A stretch of DNA of 64,000 nucleotides, taken from Candidatus Campbellbacteria bacterium. Its GTDB lineage: Bacteria; Patescibacteriota; Minisyncoccia; Phycocordibacterales; EsbW-18. Below the pieces are notes generated by a model, which was not told the DNA's origin, did not search any database, and saw only the letters and a program-made list of their open reading frames with translations. Shown in pieces: positions 18,432-26,337 of this stretch (position 1 is its first letter; each line of letters opens with the position of its first letter). The stretch is taken from the NCBI GenBank assembly GCA_024653945.1, contig JANLIT010000004.1, positions 77,281-141,280 of the forward strand. The letters are read 5' to 3'. The translations under genes were made by a program, and so were the position numbers.

Positions 18432-19220
18432 ATGAAGAGAACTCCGCTCTTCTTTTTGTTTGTACTGTTCTTTTTCAACATGCACACGGCAAACGCGCAC
18501 ACCCACAAGGAACGTGTCGCGGACCTCACCAAGGAACTGTCCGTATTGGGAGAAGAGTGGGTCACCGACATCTTCAACCACAAGGATGTTTGCAGCGAGA
18601 TTGAAGTTCCTCAGCCACGCCTGCGAGCCTGGAACGAGCTTCGTAACGAAGTTCTCTCTGATGTGTCGCAAACGCGAGGAGAATTATTTTTCCTCGCCAA
18701 CGGAAGTCTCTTCACCGCCGCTGGCAAGACATATGCAAAGGACGACCTCCTCCCCTATGTAATTCTGGCAATCCCCCGGATCGAATCAAACCTTGGTGAG
18801 AATCGTGCGGGCACGCCAGTCATCGCGACACTTTTCAAGAAGTATGAGCGGGTTGTTGATGGTCCAAGCGGAAACAAACGTCGAAACTACATCAAAGAAA
18901 AGGAAATCATCCCTTTTCTGCAGATGGCCAAGACAAACGAATGGGATGTGTGTTTGATCTTGGGAACTCGTGCAGCAGCGTTTGGGTATCCACACTTCAT
19001 TCCGGAGTCGCTACGGCTTGCCGTGGACGGCGACGACGATGGAAAAATCGATCTCATGTGGAGTCTTGCTGACGCCACACGGAGTATCGCGCACTATCTC
19101 CACAAAACAGGGTGGAGCCACTCAAATACACGAGCAGTATTTCGATACAATCCAGACCCTAAGTATGTGCAGATTGTGCTTGAATACGCGTATGCGATTA
19201 AGAAACGTGTCCCTGTGTAA
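18432..19220 (+). CDS. Lytic murein transglycosylase (MltB-like), secreted
   Basis: Signal peptide present. AAFGYPHFIPESLRLAVDGDDDGKIDLMWSLADATRSIAHYLHKTGW matches the MltB C-terminal core, including the DGDGDG-like motif. Confidence 0.7.
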   Translation: MKRTPLFFLFVLFFFNMHTANAHTHKERVADLTKELSVLGEEWVTDIFNHKDVCSEIEVPQPRLRAWNELRNEVLSDVSQTRGELFFLANGSLFTAAGKTYAKDDLLPYVILAIPRIESNLGENRAGTPVIATLFKKYERVVDGPSGNKRRNYIKEKEIIPFLQMAKTNEWDVCLILGTRAAAFGYPHFIPESLRLAVDGDDDGKIDLMWSLADATRSIAHYLHKTGWSHSNTRAVFRYNPDPKYVQIVLEYAYAIKKRVPV

Positions 19221-19226
19221 CGCGAA

Positions 19227-19258
19227 CCGCCCCTCGAGGTTGAGGGGCGGTTTTTTAT
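19227..19258 (+). terminator. Rho-independent terminator of the mltB-like gene (ccgcccctc-gaggtt-gaggggcgg + TTTTTT)
   Basis: 9-bp GC-rich stem followed immediately by a T6 tract. A second hairpin (agcactcag/ctgagtgct) follows at 19261..19281, between the convergent genes. Confidence 0.75.
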
Positions 19259-19285
19259 CCAGCACTCAGTCGCTGAGTGCTGGAT

Positions 19286-19504
19286 TTATTCTTCCACCTT
19301 TTCAAATCGTTTTCGCCTTTGTCCTTCAATCTCTACTTCTTCTTCAAACATAGAAAGTGGCCGAACCCAGAGTTTTGATTTTGGGTTGTCGTACAGAGCC
19401 TCATACACCACAAGGTCTTCTAGTGTCTCTGAGTGTTTTGCAATACCAATAACGCGGTAGAGATTTCCTGTTTTTGTATGTTTGTATATTCCTGGTGTAA
19501 TCAT
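19286..19504 (-). CDS. DUF1653-family small protein
   Basis: 72 aa. YKHTKTGNLYRVIGIAKHSETLEDLVVYEALYDNPKSKLWVRP matches the DUF1653 pattern. Confidence 0.6.
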   Translation of the reverse strand: MITPGIYKHTKTGNLYRVIGIAKHSETLEDLVVYEALYDNPKSKLWVRPLSMFEEEVEIEGQRRKRFEKVEE

Positions 19505-19548
19505 ATTTATTTCCTTCTGCTTACTACTTTCTACATATTACTTATCTT

Positions 19549-20538
19549 TTATTTTCTTCCAATTACTTTCTTGGCCGCCTCAACAATAGAATCCACATCC
19601 ATCTTGTAGTGTTTGAGAAGTTCGTCGGGAGTTCCTGATTGGCCAAATTGATCATGTACACCGATAAATTCCATTGGTACTGGTTTCTCTCGTGCAAGTA
19701 CCTCAGCAACCGCGGAACCCATACCACCAGCAATTTGATGCTCTTCAATCGTAACTACCGCTCCACATTTAGAAGCAACATCGACGATTGTTTTTTCATC
19801 CATTGGTTTAATAGTGTGATTGTTTACCACGATTGAGCCAATGCCTTCATCTTGGAGTTTTTTTGCCGAAACGAGTGCATTGTGCACCAGTGTTCCGCAC
19901 GCGATAAGTGCAACTTGTGGATTGTCACTTTCCCAAAGTATCTCAGCACGTCCGATTTCAAAAGGGGTTTCGGGTGTTGTAAACGAAGGACTTCCTGCAC
20001 GGCCGATTCGCAAATAGACAGGTGTATTTGTTTTTGCAATTGCAATCGTTGCTTTCCGCGCCTCTTCTGCATCCGCTGGCACAATCACTACCATACGTGG
20101 GAGCATCCGCATCAATCCAATATCTTCAAGCGCTTGATGTGTTGCACCATCAGGCCCCACAGACACACCTGCATGACTGCCGATAATTTTAACGGGCACA
20201 TTATTAATCGCTATCGTTGTACGAATTTGTTCATTATTTCGTCCTGGAGAAAACGTTGCGTATGAGGTAATAAAGGGAATCTTTCCATAATTTGCGAGAC
20301 CAGCTCCAACAGTTGCAAGATTTTGTTCTGCCACACCTATTTCAATATAGCGGTCAGGAAATTCTTTGTGAAACCATTCCGCACGTGTTGATTCTTCCAA
20401 ATCGGCACACAACACCACAACACGTTCGTCCGCTTTCCCCGCTTCCACTAATCCATATCCAAAACCATCTCTCGTTGGTACTTTTTTGATATCTGCATCA
20501 AAAATGTTTTCTATAAGTTTTTGCTCTGATTTAATCAT
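19549..20538 (-). CDS. Transketolase, C-terminal subunit
   Basis: 329 aa covering the Pyr and C-terminal domains of split transketolase (GIAEQNLATVGAGLA..., IVPADAEEA). Confidence 0.85.
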   Translation of the reverse strand: MIKSEQKLIENIFDADIKKVPTRDGFGYGLVEAGKADERVVVLCADLEESTRAEWFHKEFPDRYIEIGVAEQNLATVGAGLANYGKIPFITSYATFSPGRNNEQIRTTIAINNVPVKIIGSHAGVSVGPDGATHQALEDIGLMRMLPRMVVIVPADAEEARKATIAIAKTNTPVYLRIGRAGSPSFTTPETPFEIGRAEILWESDNPQVALIACGTLVHNALVSAKKLQDEGIGSIVVNNHTIKPMDEKTIVDVASKCGAVVTIEEHQIAGGMGSAVAEVLAREKPVPMEFIGVHDQFGQSGTPDELLKHYKMDVDSIVEAAKKVIGRK

Positions 20539-21394
20539 TATGACTTGCTTCTATTTTCCCCTTAAGCGTACGCAACTCTTTCAAAAACTTTTGCTCTTCT
20601 TTTTTTGTTGGTGGTTTGCCGTGCCAGTGAAAATCATATTCAATCTCTTTAATTCCCTTTCCTGCAATCGTATGCGCAATAATCACCGTTGGTTTTTCAA
20701 CAATGGCTTTTGCTTCATCAATTGCATCAACAAACGCCATCATGTTGTGCCCGTCAATCTCAATCACGTGCCAATTAAATGCTCGCCACTTATCTGCAAG
20801 TGGTTCCAACGGCATCACATTCTCCGTCATACCATCAATTTGGATATTGTTGCGATCAACAACCGCCGTAAGGTTTGAAAGTTTGTTATTTCCTGCAAAC
20901 ATTGCGCCTTCCCACGTGTTTCCTGCCTGTAGTTCTCCATCGGAGAGCAAACAGTATGTGCGCCACTTCTTTCCGTCCATCCGTGCACCATACGCAATAC
21001 CCGAGGCCTGTGAGAGTCCTGAACCAAGAGGACCTGATGTTGTCTCTAATCCCGGCAAACGTTCTCTCTCTGGATGTCCTTGCAGACGACTTCCAAATTT
21101 TCGCAGTGTCTTGAGTTCATTCATCGGAAAGTATTCCGCGTGTGCCATCGTTGCGTACCGAATCGGTGTGATGTGTCCGTTTGAAAGTATGAGACGATCG
21201 CGTTCTTCCCACTGCGGGTTTTTTGGATCGTGTTTGAGAATATGAAAATAGAGTGCGGTAAAAATATCTGCCATATCAAGAGGACCAGCAGTGTGTCCAC
21301 TCCCCGCATCTTCAAGCATGTCAATAAGCGACATGCGAATATCGTTAGCACGTAATTCTAACTCCTTAATTTTTTCGTCACTCAAATGGGTCAT
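20531..21394 (-). CDS. Transketolase, N-terminal subunit (start MTHLSDEKIKELELRANDIRM)
   Basis: TPP-binding N-terminal domain (SGHTAGPLDMADIFTALYF, LSDGELQAGNTWEGAMFAG). Overlaps the C-subunit gene by 8 nt. The ORF-track start at 21412 is an upstream in-frame extension. Confidence 0.85.
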   Translation of the reverse strand: MTHLSDEKIKELELRANDIRMSLIDMLEDAGSGHTAGPLDMADIFTALYFHILKHDPKNPQWEERDRLILSNGHITPIRYATMAHAEYFPMNELKTLRKFGSRLQGHPERERLPGLETTSGPLGSGLSQASGIAYGARMDGKKWRTYCLLSDGELQAGNTWEGAMFAGNNKLSNLTAVVDRNNIQIDGMTENVMPLEPLADKWRAFNWHVIEIDGHNMMAFVDAIDEAKAIVEKPTVIIAHTIAGKGIKEIEYDFHWHGKPPTKKEEQKFLKELRTLKGKIEASHND

Positions 21395-21501
21395 AGAGAT
21401 ATGTTGGTGCACTTCTCGCCCCGTACTAAGCCTTGCTTTAGTGCGGGGTCGTTTGCTTTCAGTTCTAACTCTTTAATTTTTTCATCAGAAAGGCGCGTCA
21501 T
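21391..21501 (-). other. 36-codon upstream ORF duplicating the first 17 codons of tkt (MTRLSDEKIKELELKAN...), ending in an ATGA overlap with the tkt start
   Basis: The nucleotide duplicate 21464..21501 matches 21356..21394. The codons for L-S-D differ synonymously between the copies (ttgagtgac versus ctttctgat). A hairpin at 21419..21448 separates the copies. Confidence 0.5.
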
Positions 21502-21556
21502 GACTGTATGTATCATAACACGCGGACTCCGTGTAAAAATGAGCTCTGTGGATGCC

Positions 21557-22225
21557 CTAGAGGGTCTGGAGGTATGTCACAGTATCTTGTATATCTTCAC
21601 TCCCAAAAATCATTGAGCCAGAAATAAGTTTTGTTGCACCCGCTTCCACAAGAAGTGGTGCGGTCTCATCATCAACACCAATATCAACCGCGATAGGAAG
21701 TTCAGGAAATTGTGCGCGAAGAGATTTTATCTTCTTAAATACTCGTTCATCCAAAGAAACACCCGCAAATCCTATGTCATCATTTCCCATACACTGCACA
21801 AAATCAATTAGTGCGATATATCGCACTAATTCAGAAATCGGAGTGCTTGGTTTTATTCCGAGACCAACTTCAATGTCCGCGTCTTTGAGTTTTTTAATTA
21901 TTTCGTCAAGTTTTTGTGTGCTTTCAATATGTATAACCGCACTGGCAATTCCCACTTGTATCCATGTATCAATTGCATGCTCTGGTTCATTAATTAAAAA
22001 ATCAACTTCGTAATCCATGTCATCCCAATATGGCAAACCCTCATCTTGCGCGAGAATTTCTTTGAGATGTGAATCGTCTCCATTGTATGGCCATGTTTTT
22101 GATGACGCGTATGTACCATCAGCAACATCAAGCTGTACACGCGGCACAATACCTTTCACGCGCGACACCTTACCAAGAATATCGGCGTAACTTTCTGGAA
22201 GTAGTGCTGGAACAACCTGAATCAT
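21557..22225 (-). CDS. rpe: Ribulose-phosphate 3-epimerase
   Basis: 222 aa. Start IQVVPALLPESYADI, a divalent-metal TIM barrel typical of Rpe. Confidence 0.8.
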   Translation of the reverse strand: MIQVVPALLPESYADILGKVSRVKGIVPRVQLDVADGTYASSKTWPYNGDDSHLKEILAQDEGLPYWDDMDYEVDFLINEPEHAIDTWIQVGIASAVIHIESTQKLDEIIKKLKDADIEVGLGIKPSTPISELVRYIALIDFVQCMGNDDIGFAGVSLDERVFKKIKSLRAQFPELPIAVDIGVDDETAPLLVEAGATKLISGSMIFGSEDIQDTVTYLQTL

Positions 22226-22254
22226 AGATAGTAGTAGGTAGAGTGTAGAAAAAA

Positions 22255-22737
22255 CTAAGAATGAGAATCCAATTTTTGAATTCTACGAACGTGGCGTTCT
22301 TCGTTTGTAAATGGAGCGCGCAGCCATTTTTCTATAACCTCTTTTGCTTCCTCGTGGGTAACAAAAGATGCGCCGAGGGAGAGTATATTTGAGTCGTTAT
22401 CTTCACGACTTGATTCTATAATTCCTTTTTGTTCACCAACTTTAGATGTCTGTGTGAGGGGCTCTCGTTCTCCGTAATACACAAGTGTCCGAATTCCTTT
22501 AATGCGGTTTGCTGCAACTGCTTCCCCTTGACCAGAACTTCCAATAATAATTCCTCTTTCCGCTTCACCGCCCGCTACTGCATTTGCTACGGAAAATACA
22601 AAATCAGGGTAGTCATCATTTTCATCAAACGAAAATGCACCTTTATCCATCACTTCGTGGTCTTGAGAGACAAGAAAATCTCTCACGTACTCTTTGAGTT
22701 TAAATCCTGCATGATCTGCCCCAAGTGCGATTTTCAT
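22255..22737 (-). CDS. rpiB: Ribose 5-phosphate isomerase B
   Basis: MKIALGADHAGFKLKEYV...IIGSSGQGEAVAANRIKGIR are RpiB/LacAB signatures. Confidence 0.8.
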   Translation of the reverse strand: MKIALGADHAGFKLKEYVRDFLVSQDHEVMDKGAFSFDENDDYPDFVFSVANAVAGGEAERGIIIGSSGQGEAVAANRIKGIRTLVYYGEREPLTQTSKVGEQKGIIESSREDNDSNILSLGASFVTHEEAKEVIEKWLRAPFTNEERHVRRIQKLDSHS

Positions 22738-22742
22738 AAAGA

Positions 22743-22913
22743 TTATTTTTGAGAATTAAGATACATTTCTTCAAAAAAACTATATGGTGTATACATCACC
22801 ACACCATCTTCAAAACCTAAAGAGTTATATGTTTTTTTCTGATAAATCGAAAGAAAAAATAACATTAAGAGAAGAATAATAACTATGGAAATAATACGTG
22901 ATGATTTTTTCAT
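22743..22913 (-). CDS. Possible 56-aa small secreted/membrane protein between gap and rpiB
   Basis: MKKSSRIISIVIILLLMLFFLSIYQKK... is a signal-like N-terminus. It fills the intergenic gap on the operon strand. Falls below the ORF-track cutoff. Confidence 0.3.
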   Translation of the reverse strand: MKKSSRIISIVIILLLMLFFLSIYQKKTYNSLGFEDGVVMYTPYSFFEEMYLNSQK

Positions 22914-22916
22914 GCA

Positions 22917-23939
22917 CTACGACAAACTGGAAGCCATTTTGCGCACATGCCGAATGAGTGTTGAGGTGTAGCCCATCTCGTTGTCGTACCACGAAAGAAC
23001 CTTCACCAAATTTCCATCAACAACGCGTGTGAGTTTACTGTCAACAATTGCCCCATACAGTTCACCAACAATATCTGAAGAAACAAGTTCTTCGTCGCTC
23101 ACTTTCAAAATACCCTGCCATCGCGCATCCTGTGATGCTTTTCGTAAAATATCATTTACCTCTTCCACGGTTGTGTTTCGTTTCGTAATAAGTGTCACAT
23201 CTGCAATAGAACCAACAATCACCGGCACTCGAATTGCAATACCATCAAACTTTCCTTCCAAATCAGTAATTGCCTTTGTTACGGCAGTTGCTGCACCCGT
23301 CGAAGTCGGCACAATGTTGTGTGCAGCTGCTCGTCCCTCGCGCCAATCTTTTTTATTCGGACCATCTTGTAAACTTTGTGATTGTGTGTAGCCGTGGACG
23401 GTATTGAGGACTGCTTTTTCTACACCGAGTGTCTCGTGCAAAATTTGAATCACAGGACTGACTGCATTTGTGGTACATGAACCGTTTGAAGTGATGTCAC
23501 ACGTTTTTAATTTCTCCTCATTAACTCCCATCAACACCGTCGCCGTTTCAATGCCTGAAACAATGTCACCTTTTGCAGGGGCGGTAATCACTACGCGCTT
23601 TGCGCCTGCATCAAGGTGTTTCTTTGCATCAGCATAGTTTGTGAAAAAGCCACTTGATTCAACAACAATATCTACATCAAGTTTTTTCCATGGCAAACTG
23701 CTCGGATCTTTTTCTTGAAAAATTGGGATGTCTTTTCCGTTTACGGTAATACCTCCATCACGCGCCTGTACGTCAATATCCGAGCGTCCGTAAGAACTGT
23801 CATACGTAAGCAAGTATGCGAGATTTTGTGCGTCACCGAGATCATTGATGGCAACGACATCAATTTCAGGATACTTGAGTGCAAGTTTGAGAAACGAGCG
23901 TCCGATTCTGCCAAAACCATTGATTGCAATGCGGGACAT
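22917..23939 (-). CDS. gap: Type I glyceraldehyde-3-phosphate dehydrogenase
   Basis: MSRIAINGFGRIGR, and the catalytic region SNGSCTTNAVSPV (the GAPDH signature is ASCTTNCLAP-like). Confidence 0.9.
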   Translation of the reverse strand: MSRIAINGFGRIGRSFLKLALKYPEIDVVAINDLGDAQNLAYLLTYDSSYGRSDIDVQARDGGITVNGKDIPIFQEKDPSSLPWKKLDVDIVVESSGFFTNYADAKKHLDAGAKRVVITAPAKGDIVSGIETATVLMGVNEEKLKTCDITSNGSCTTNAVSPVIQILHETLGVEKAVLNTVHGYTQSQSLQDGPNKKDWREGRAAAHNIVPTSTGAATAVTKAITDLEGKFDGIAIRVPVIVGSIADVTLITKRNTTVEEVNDILRKASQDARWQGILKVSDEELVSSDIVGELYGAIVDSKLTRVVDGNLVKVLSWYDNEMGYTSTLIRHVRKMASSLS

Positions 23940-23979
23940 AAATAGAGATTAGATACTGGATACTAGGAATAATTGGTAC

Positions 23980-24034
23980 ACAAAAAGTATACCCCGCACT
24001 CACCTTTACTCCAAAGGTAAAGGTGAGTGCGGGG
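23980..24034 (-). terminator. Rho-independent terminator: 18-bp perfect hairpin (ccccgcactcacctttac / gtaaaggtgagtgcgggg) followed by a U-tract on the minus strand
   Basis: Perfect inverted repeat with a 7-nt loop. The minus-strand transcript continues UAUACUUUUUGUGU. Lies downstream of 24089..24316. Confidence 0.7.
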
Positions 24035-24088
24035 TATAGCACAGAAGAAAGCACCGCCAGAGACGGTGCTTCAACTTGAAAAAACTGC

Positions 24089-24316
24089 TTACTCGGGCCT
24101 CATACCAGCTGTGTACACAAGAGTGTCGAGAGGTACTTTGAAGGTTTTGCCGACCATCCTTGTGCCATCTACCTCAACAACACGGAAGAGACCCCCATCG
24201 AGCTTTTGGAGCATCGCGTGGAGAACCCACGCATCAAGCTTGAGTGCTGTGAGATTGTTATTTGGCGACATGAAAAAAATCTTCATGTAGCCAACCTCGC
24301 GAAGTGTCATGGGCAT
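24089..24316 (-). CDS. Hypothetical small protein downstream of gatB
   Basis: 75 aa, same strand as the gatB operon and followed by a strong terminator. No motif recognised. Confidence 0.35.
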   Translation of the reverse strand: MPMTLREVGYMKIFFMSPNNNLTALKLDAWVLHAMLQKLDGGLFRVVEVDGTRMVGKTFKVPLDTLVYTAGMRPE

Positions 24317-24360
24317 TTCTCCTTTGCAAAATCTACAGAGAAGATCCCTGAAAGAAAATA

Positions 24361-25794
24361 TTATGCAAGGTGTTTTTTGAACAATTCTGCGAGCACTTTA
24401 GGATTTCCTGCCCCTTTGGACAATTTCATGCCCTGTCCCACAAAGAATTGGAGCAGTGCTTCCTTTCCTGCTTTATAGTCAGCAACAACGGTTGGATTTT
24501 CATTAATCACTTGTTCAACAATTTTCAAAAGTGCACTTTCGTCGCTTTGCTGAAGCAATCCTTCACGCTCTGCAACCTTTCTTGGATCTAGTGTTTGTTC
24601 TTGTAAGTACAAAACACGCAGAAGATCTTTGAGTCCCCTGGAAGACAGGTCTCCTTCTTTGGCCATTTTTACTGCGTCAACAAAAAAATTAGGAGCTATT
24701 TTTCGTATTGAAAGATATCCATCTTTTTCTGCTTTTTCCCTAATTAAAGCTATGTAGTCATTCAAAAAATAATTTGCGACCAGCTGCAAAAGTTCCTTGT
24801 CAGCTGAACAGTGACTGATTATTTCTTCAACATATTCGTATGATTCCGGTGATGAAACAATACTTTCTATATCCTCGTCTTTCATTTCGTACTCCTGTTT
24901 GTATCTCTCTCGCTTCACCCACGGTAATTCTGGTAGTTCTTTTGAAAGTGCTTCACGAGAAAATTCTGGGATTTCTGAAATCTTCAATTTTGGTAAATCT
25001 GGTTCTGGAAAATATCGATAGTCGTGGGACGATTCTTTTTTACGCTGTGAAAACGTAACACCCTTCACATCGTCCCACCCTCTCGTTTCCTGCTCAACAG
25101 TTCCGCCACCTTCAAGTAACGCCGATTGTCGTTCAATTTCGTATGCAATTGCTTTTTCTGCAGCACGGAAAGAGTTGATGTTTTTTATTTCTGTTTTTGT
25201 TCCAAGGTTTTTATCTTTTGAAACAGAAATATTTACCTCCACACGAAGGTGTCCTTTTTCCATGTCTGCATCAGACACACCGAGCGTTCGGAGTAACAAC
25301 TGCAATTCACGTGCAAAATCTCCCGCTTCTTTTGCACTATGAATAACTGGTTCAGTCACCAATTCCATCAGTGGTACACCTGCACGATTGAAATCAATAA
25401 GCGAGTGGTCTCCCGCATGTTGTGAACGTGCTGTGTCTTCTTCAAGGTGAATGCGCGTGAGGGCGACACCGTGCAAAGCCCCACCTCTCACAAGAGGATG
25501 CGCGTACTGGCTGATTTGGTATCCCTTTGGAATATCTGGGTAGAAGTAGTTTTTGCGGTCAAATTCAGTAAAATCAGCGAGTTCTCCACCAACAGCCACG
25601 CCCACCTTCAGCACATGCTTTACCGCCTCTTTGTTAATGACAGGAAGCGTTCCGGGGTGCCCCATACACACAGGACACACGTTTACGTTTGGACGCTTTT
25701 CATCCGGGTCATTCTTTGAATTACAAAACATCTTTGTCTGCGTTTTGAGCTCAACGTGTATTTCAAGTCCAATTGTTGGTGTGTAAGTTGTCAT
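24361..25794 (-). CDS. gatB: Asp-tRNA(Asn)/Glu-tRNA(Gln) amidotransferase subunit B (start MTTYTPTIGLEIHVEL)
   Basis: GatB N-terminus MTTYTPTIGLEIHVELKT..CPVCMGHPGTLPV, with the GatB/YqeY C-terminal domain. The ORF-track start at 25989 is an upstream in-frame extension. Confidence 0.85.
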   Translation of the reverse strand: MTTYTPTIGLEIHVELKTQTKMFCNSKNDPDEKRPNVNVCPVCMGHPGTLPVINKEAVKHVLKVGVAVGGELADFTEFDRKNYFYPDIPKGYQISQYAHPLVRGGALHGVALTRIHLEEDTARSQHAGDHSLIDFNRAGVPLMELVTEPVIHSAKEAGDFARELQLLLRTLGVSDADMEKGHLRVEVNISVSKDKNLGTKTEIKNINSFRAAEKAIAYEIERQSALLEGGGTVEQETRGWDDVKGVTFSQRKKESSHDYRYFPEPDLPKLKISEIPEFSREALSKELPELPWVKRERYKQEYEMKDEDIESIVSSPESYEYVEEIISHCSADKELLQLVANYFLNDYIALIREKAEKDGYLSIRKIAPNFFVDAVKMAKEGDLSSRGLKDLLRVLYLQEQTLDPRKVAEREGLLQQSDESALLKIVEQVINENPTVVADYKAGKEALLQFFVGQGMKLSKGAGNPKVLAELFKKHLA

Positions 25795-25828
25795 AATGAT
25801 TGTGTTCAATACTTGCCCAGCACTAAAT

Positions 25829-25879
25829 TTAGTGCTGGGTGAAAATCTCAAGTCCGATTGTTGGTGTGTACTCTGACAT
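25829..25879 (-). other. 16-codon upstream ORF duplicating the gatB N-terminus (MSEYTPTIGLEIFTQH), 85 bp upstream of the real gatB ATG
   Basis: Repeat 25845..25879 matches 25761..25794. The I, E and I codons differ synonymously (att/atc, gaa/gag, ata/att). The stop codon lies inside the hairpin at 25816..25839. Confidence 0.5.
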
Positions 25880-25914
25880 ATAGAGAGTATAGAACACTTG
25901 CGCGTAATTTTCGA

Positions 25915-25944
25915 ATAGAAAAAAGGTCCCTTTTGAGGGGGACC
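25915..25944 (-). terminator. Rho-independent terminator (ggtcccc/gggacc hairpin + U6) at the 3' end of the intergenic structured RNA
   Basis: The minus-strand reading is GGUCCCCCUCAAAAGGGACC followed by UUUUUUCUAUUC. Confidence 0.65.
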
Positions 25945-25947
25945 AGT

Positions 25948-26295
25948 GGACGCTCTTTGTTGCCTTAGCCTTGGATGTTTTCTGTGCATTCTTGTCAGTC
26001 AGCATCTTGCCTTCTGATCGAAGATACAACGCACAGACGTCACCCAGATTCCCTTTGCTCGACCCGAAGGTTGAGAGCATTGGTACTCAGGAACCCCAAC
26101 TGAGGAGATGGACGGGAAATTGCACCCGTATTCCATTTTGTAACTCCCCCTAACGTGTACGAGCACGTTAATGTTGGCCCCTTCTACCCCACCAGAGCAT
26201 CATTGGGCTTCGCACCCTTCGCATCTTCGTGGTTTGGGCTGAGTCTATTCCTTTCGGGAACAGAGTCACGATTGTTTTCTCGCCAAAGAGCGTCC
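25948..26295 (-). ncRNA. Candidate structured ncRNA of about 350 nt; possibly a divergent RNase P RNA (rnpB), assignment tentative
   Basis: Intergenic, with no credible ORF, and purine-rich on the minus strand. The 5' end GGACGCUCUUUG is perfectly complementary to the 3' end CAAAGAGCGUCC, giving a 12-bp terminal stem. The element sits between two intrinsic terminators. Weak matches to RNase P conserved regions: ACAGAAAACAUCCAAGGCUAAGG near the 3' end (compare ACAGAAnCCnGGCUUA), GAAAGGAAUAGACUCAGCC near the 5' end, and AGGGUGCG mid-molecule. Confidence 0.4.
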
Positions 26296-26321
26296 GAAAA
26301 AGATACTACAGGAGTTGTATC
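26296..26321 (-). terminator. Rho-independent terminator of obg (GGAUACAACUCCUGUAGUAUC + UUUUU)
   Basis: Hairpin at 26302..26321 directly after the obg stop, followed on the minus strand by U5. Confidence 0.6.
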
Positions 26322-26337
26322 CTATTCGCAAGCCCTT

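Noticed and set aside
24027-24290. 87-aa plus-strand ORF opposite the small hypothetical gene downstream of gatB
   Set aside because: It is antisense to the operon, and the strong terminator at 23980..24034 is oriented for the minus strand.
25948-26295. tmRNA, 6S RNA or SRP RNA identity for the intergenic structured RNA
   Set aside because: There is no tRNA-like 3' end with a T-loop and CCA, which argues against tmRNA. At about 350 nt it is too long for 6S or 4.5S RNA. RNase P is kept as a tentative possibility only.
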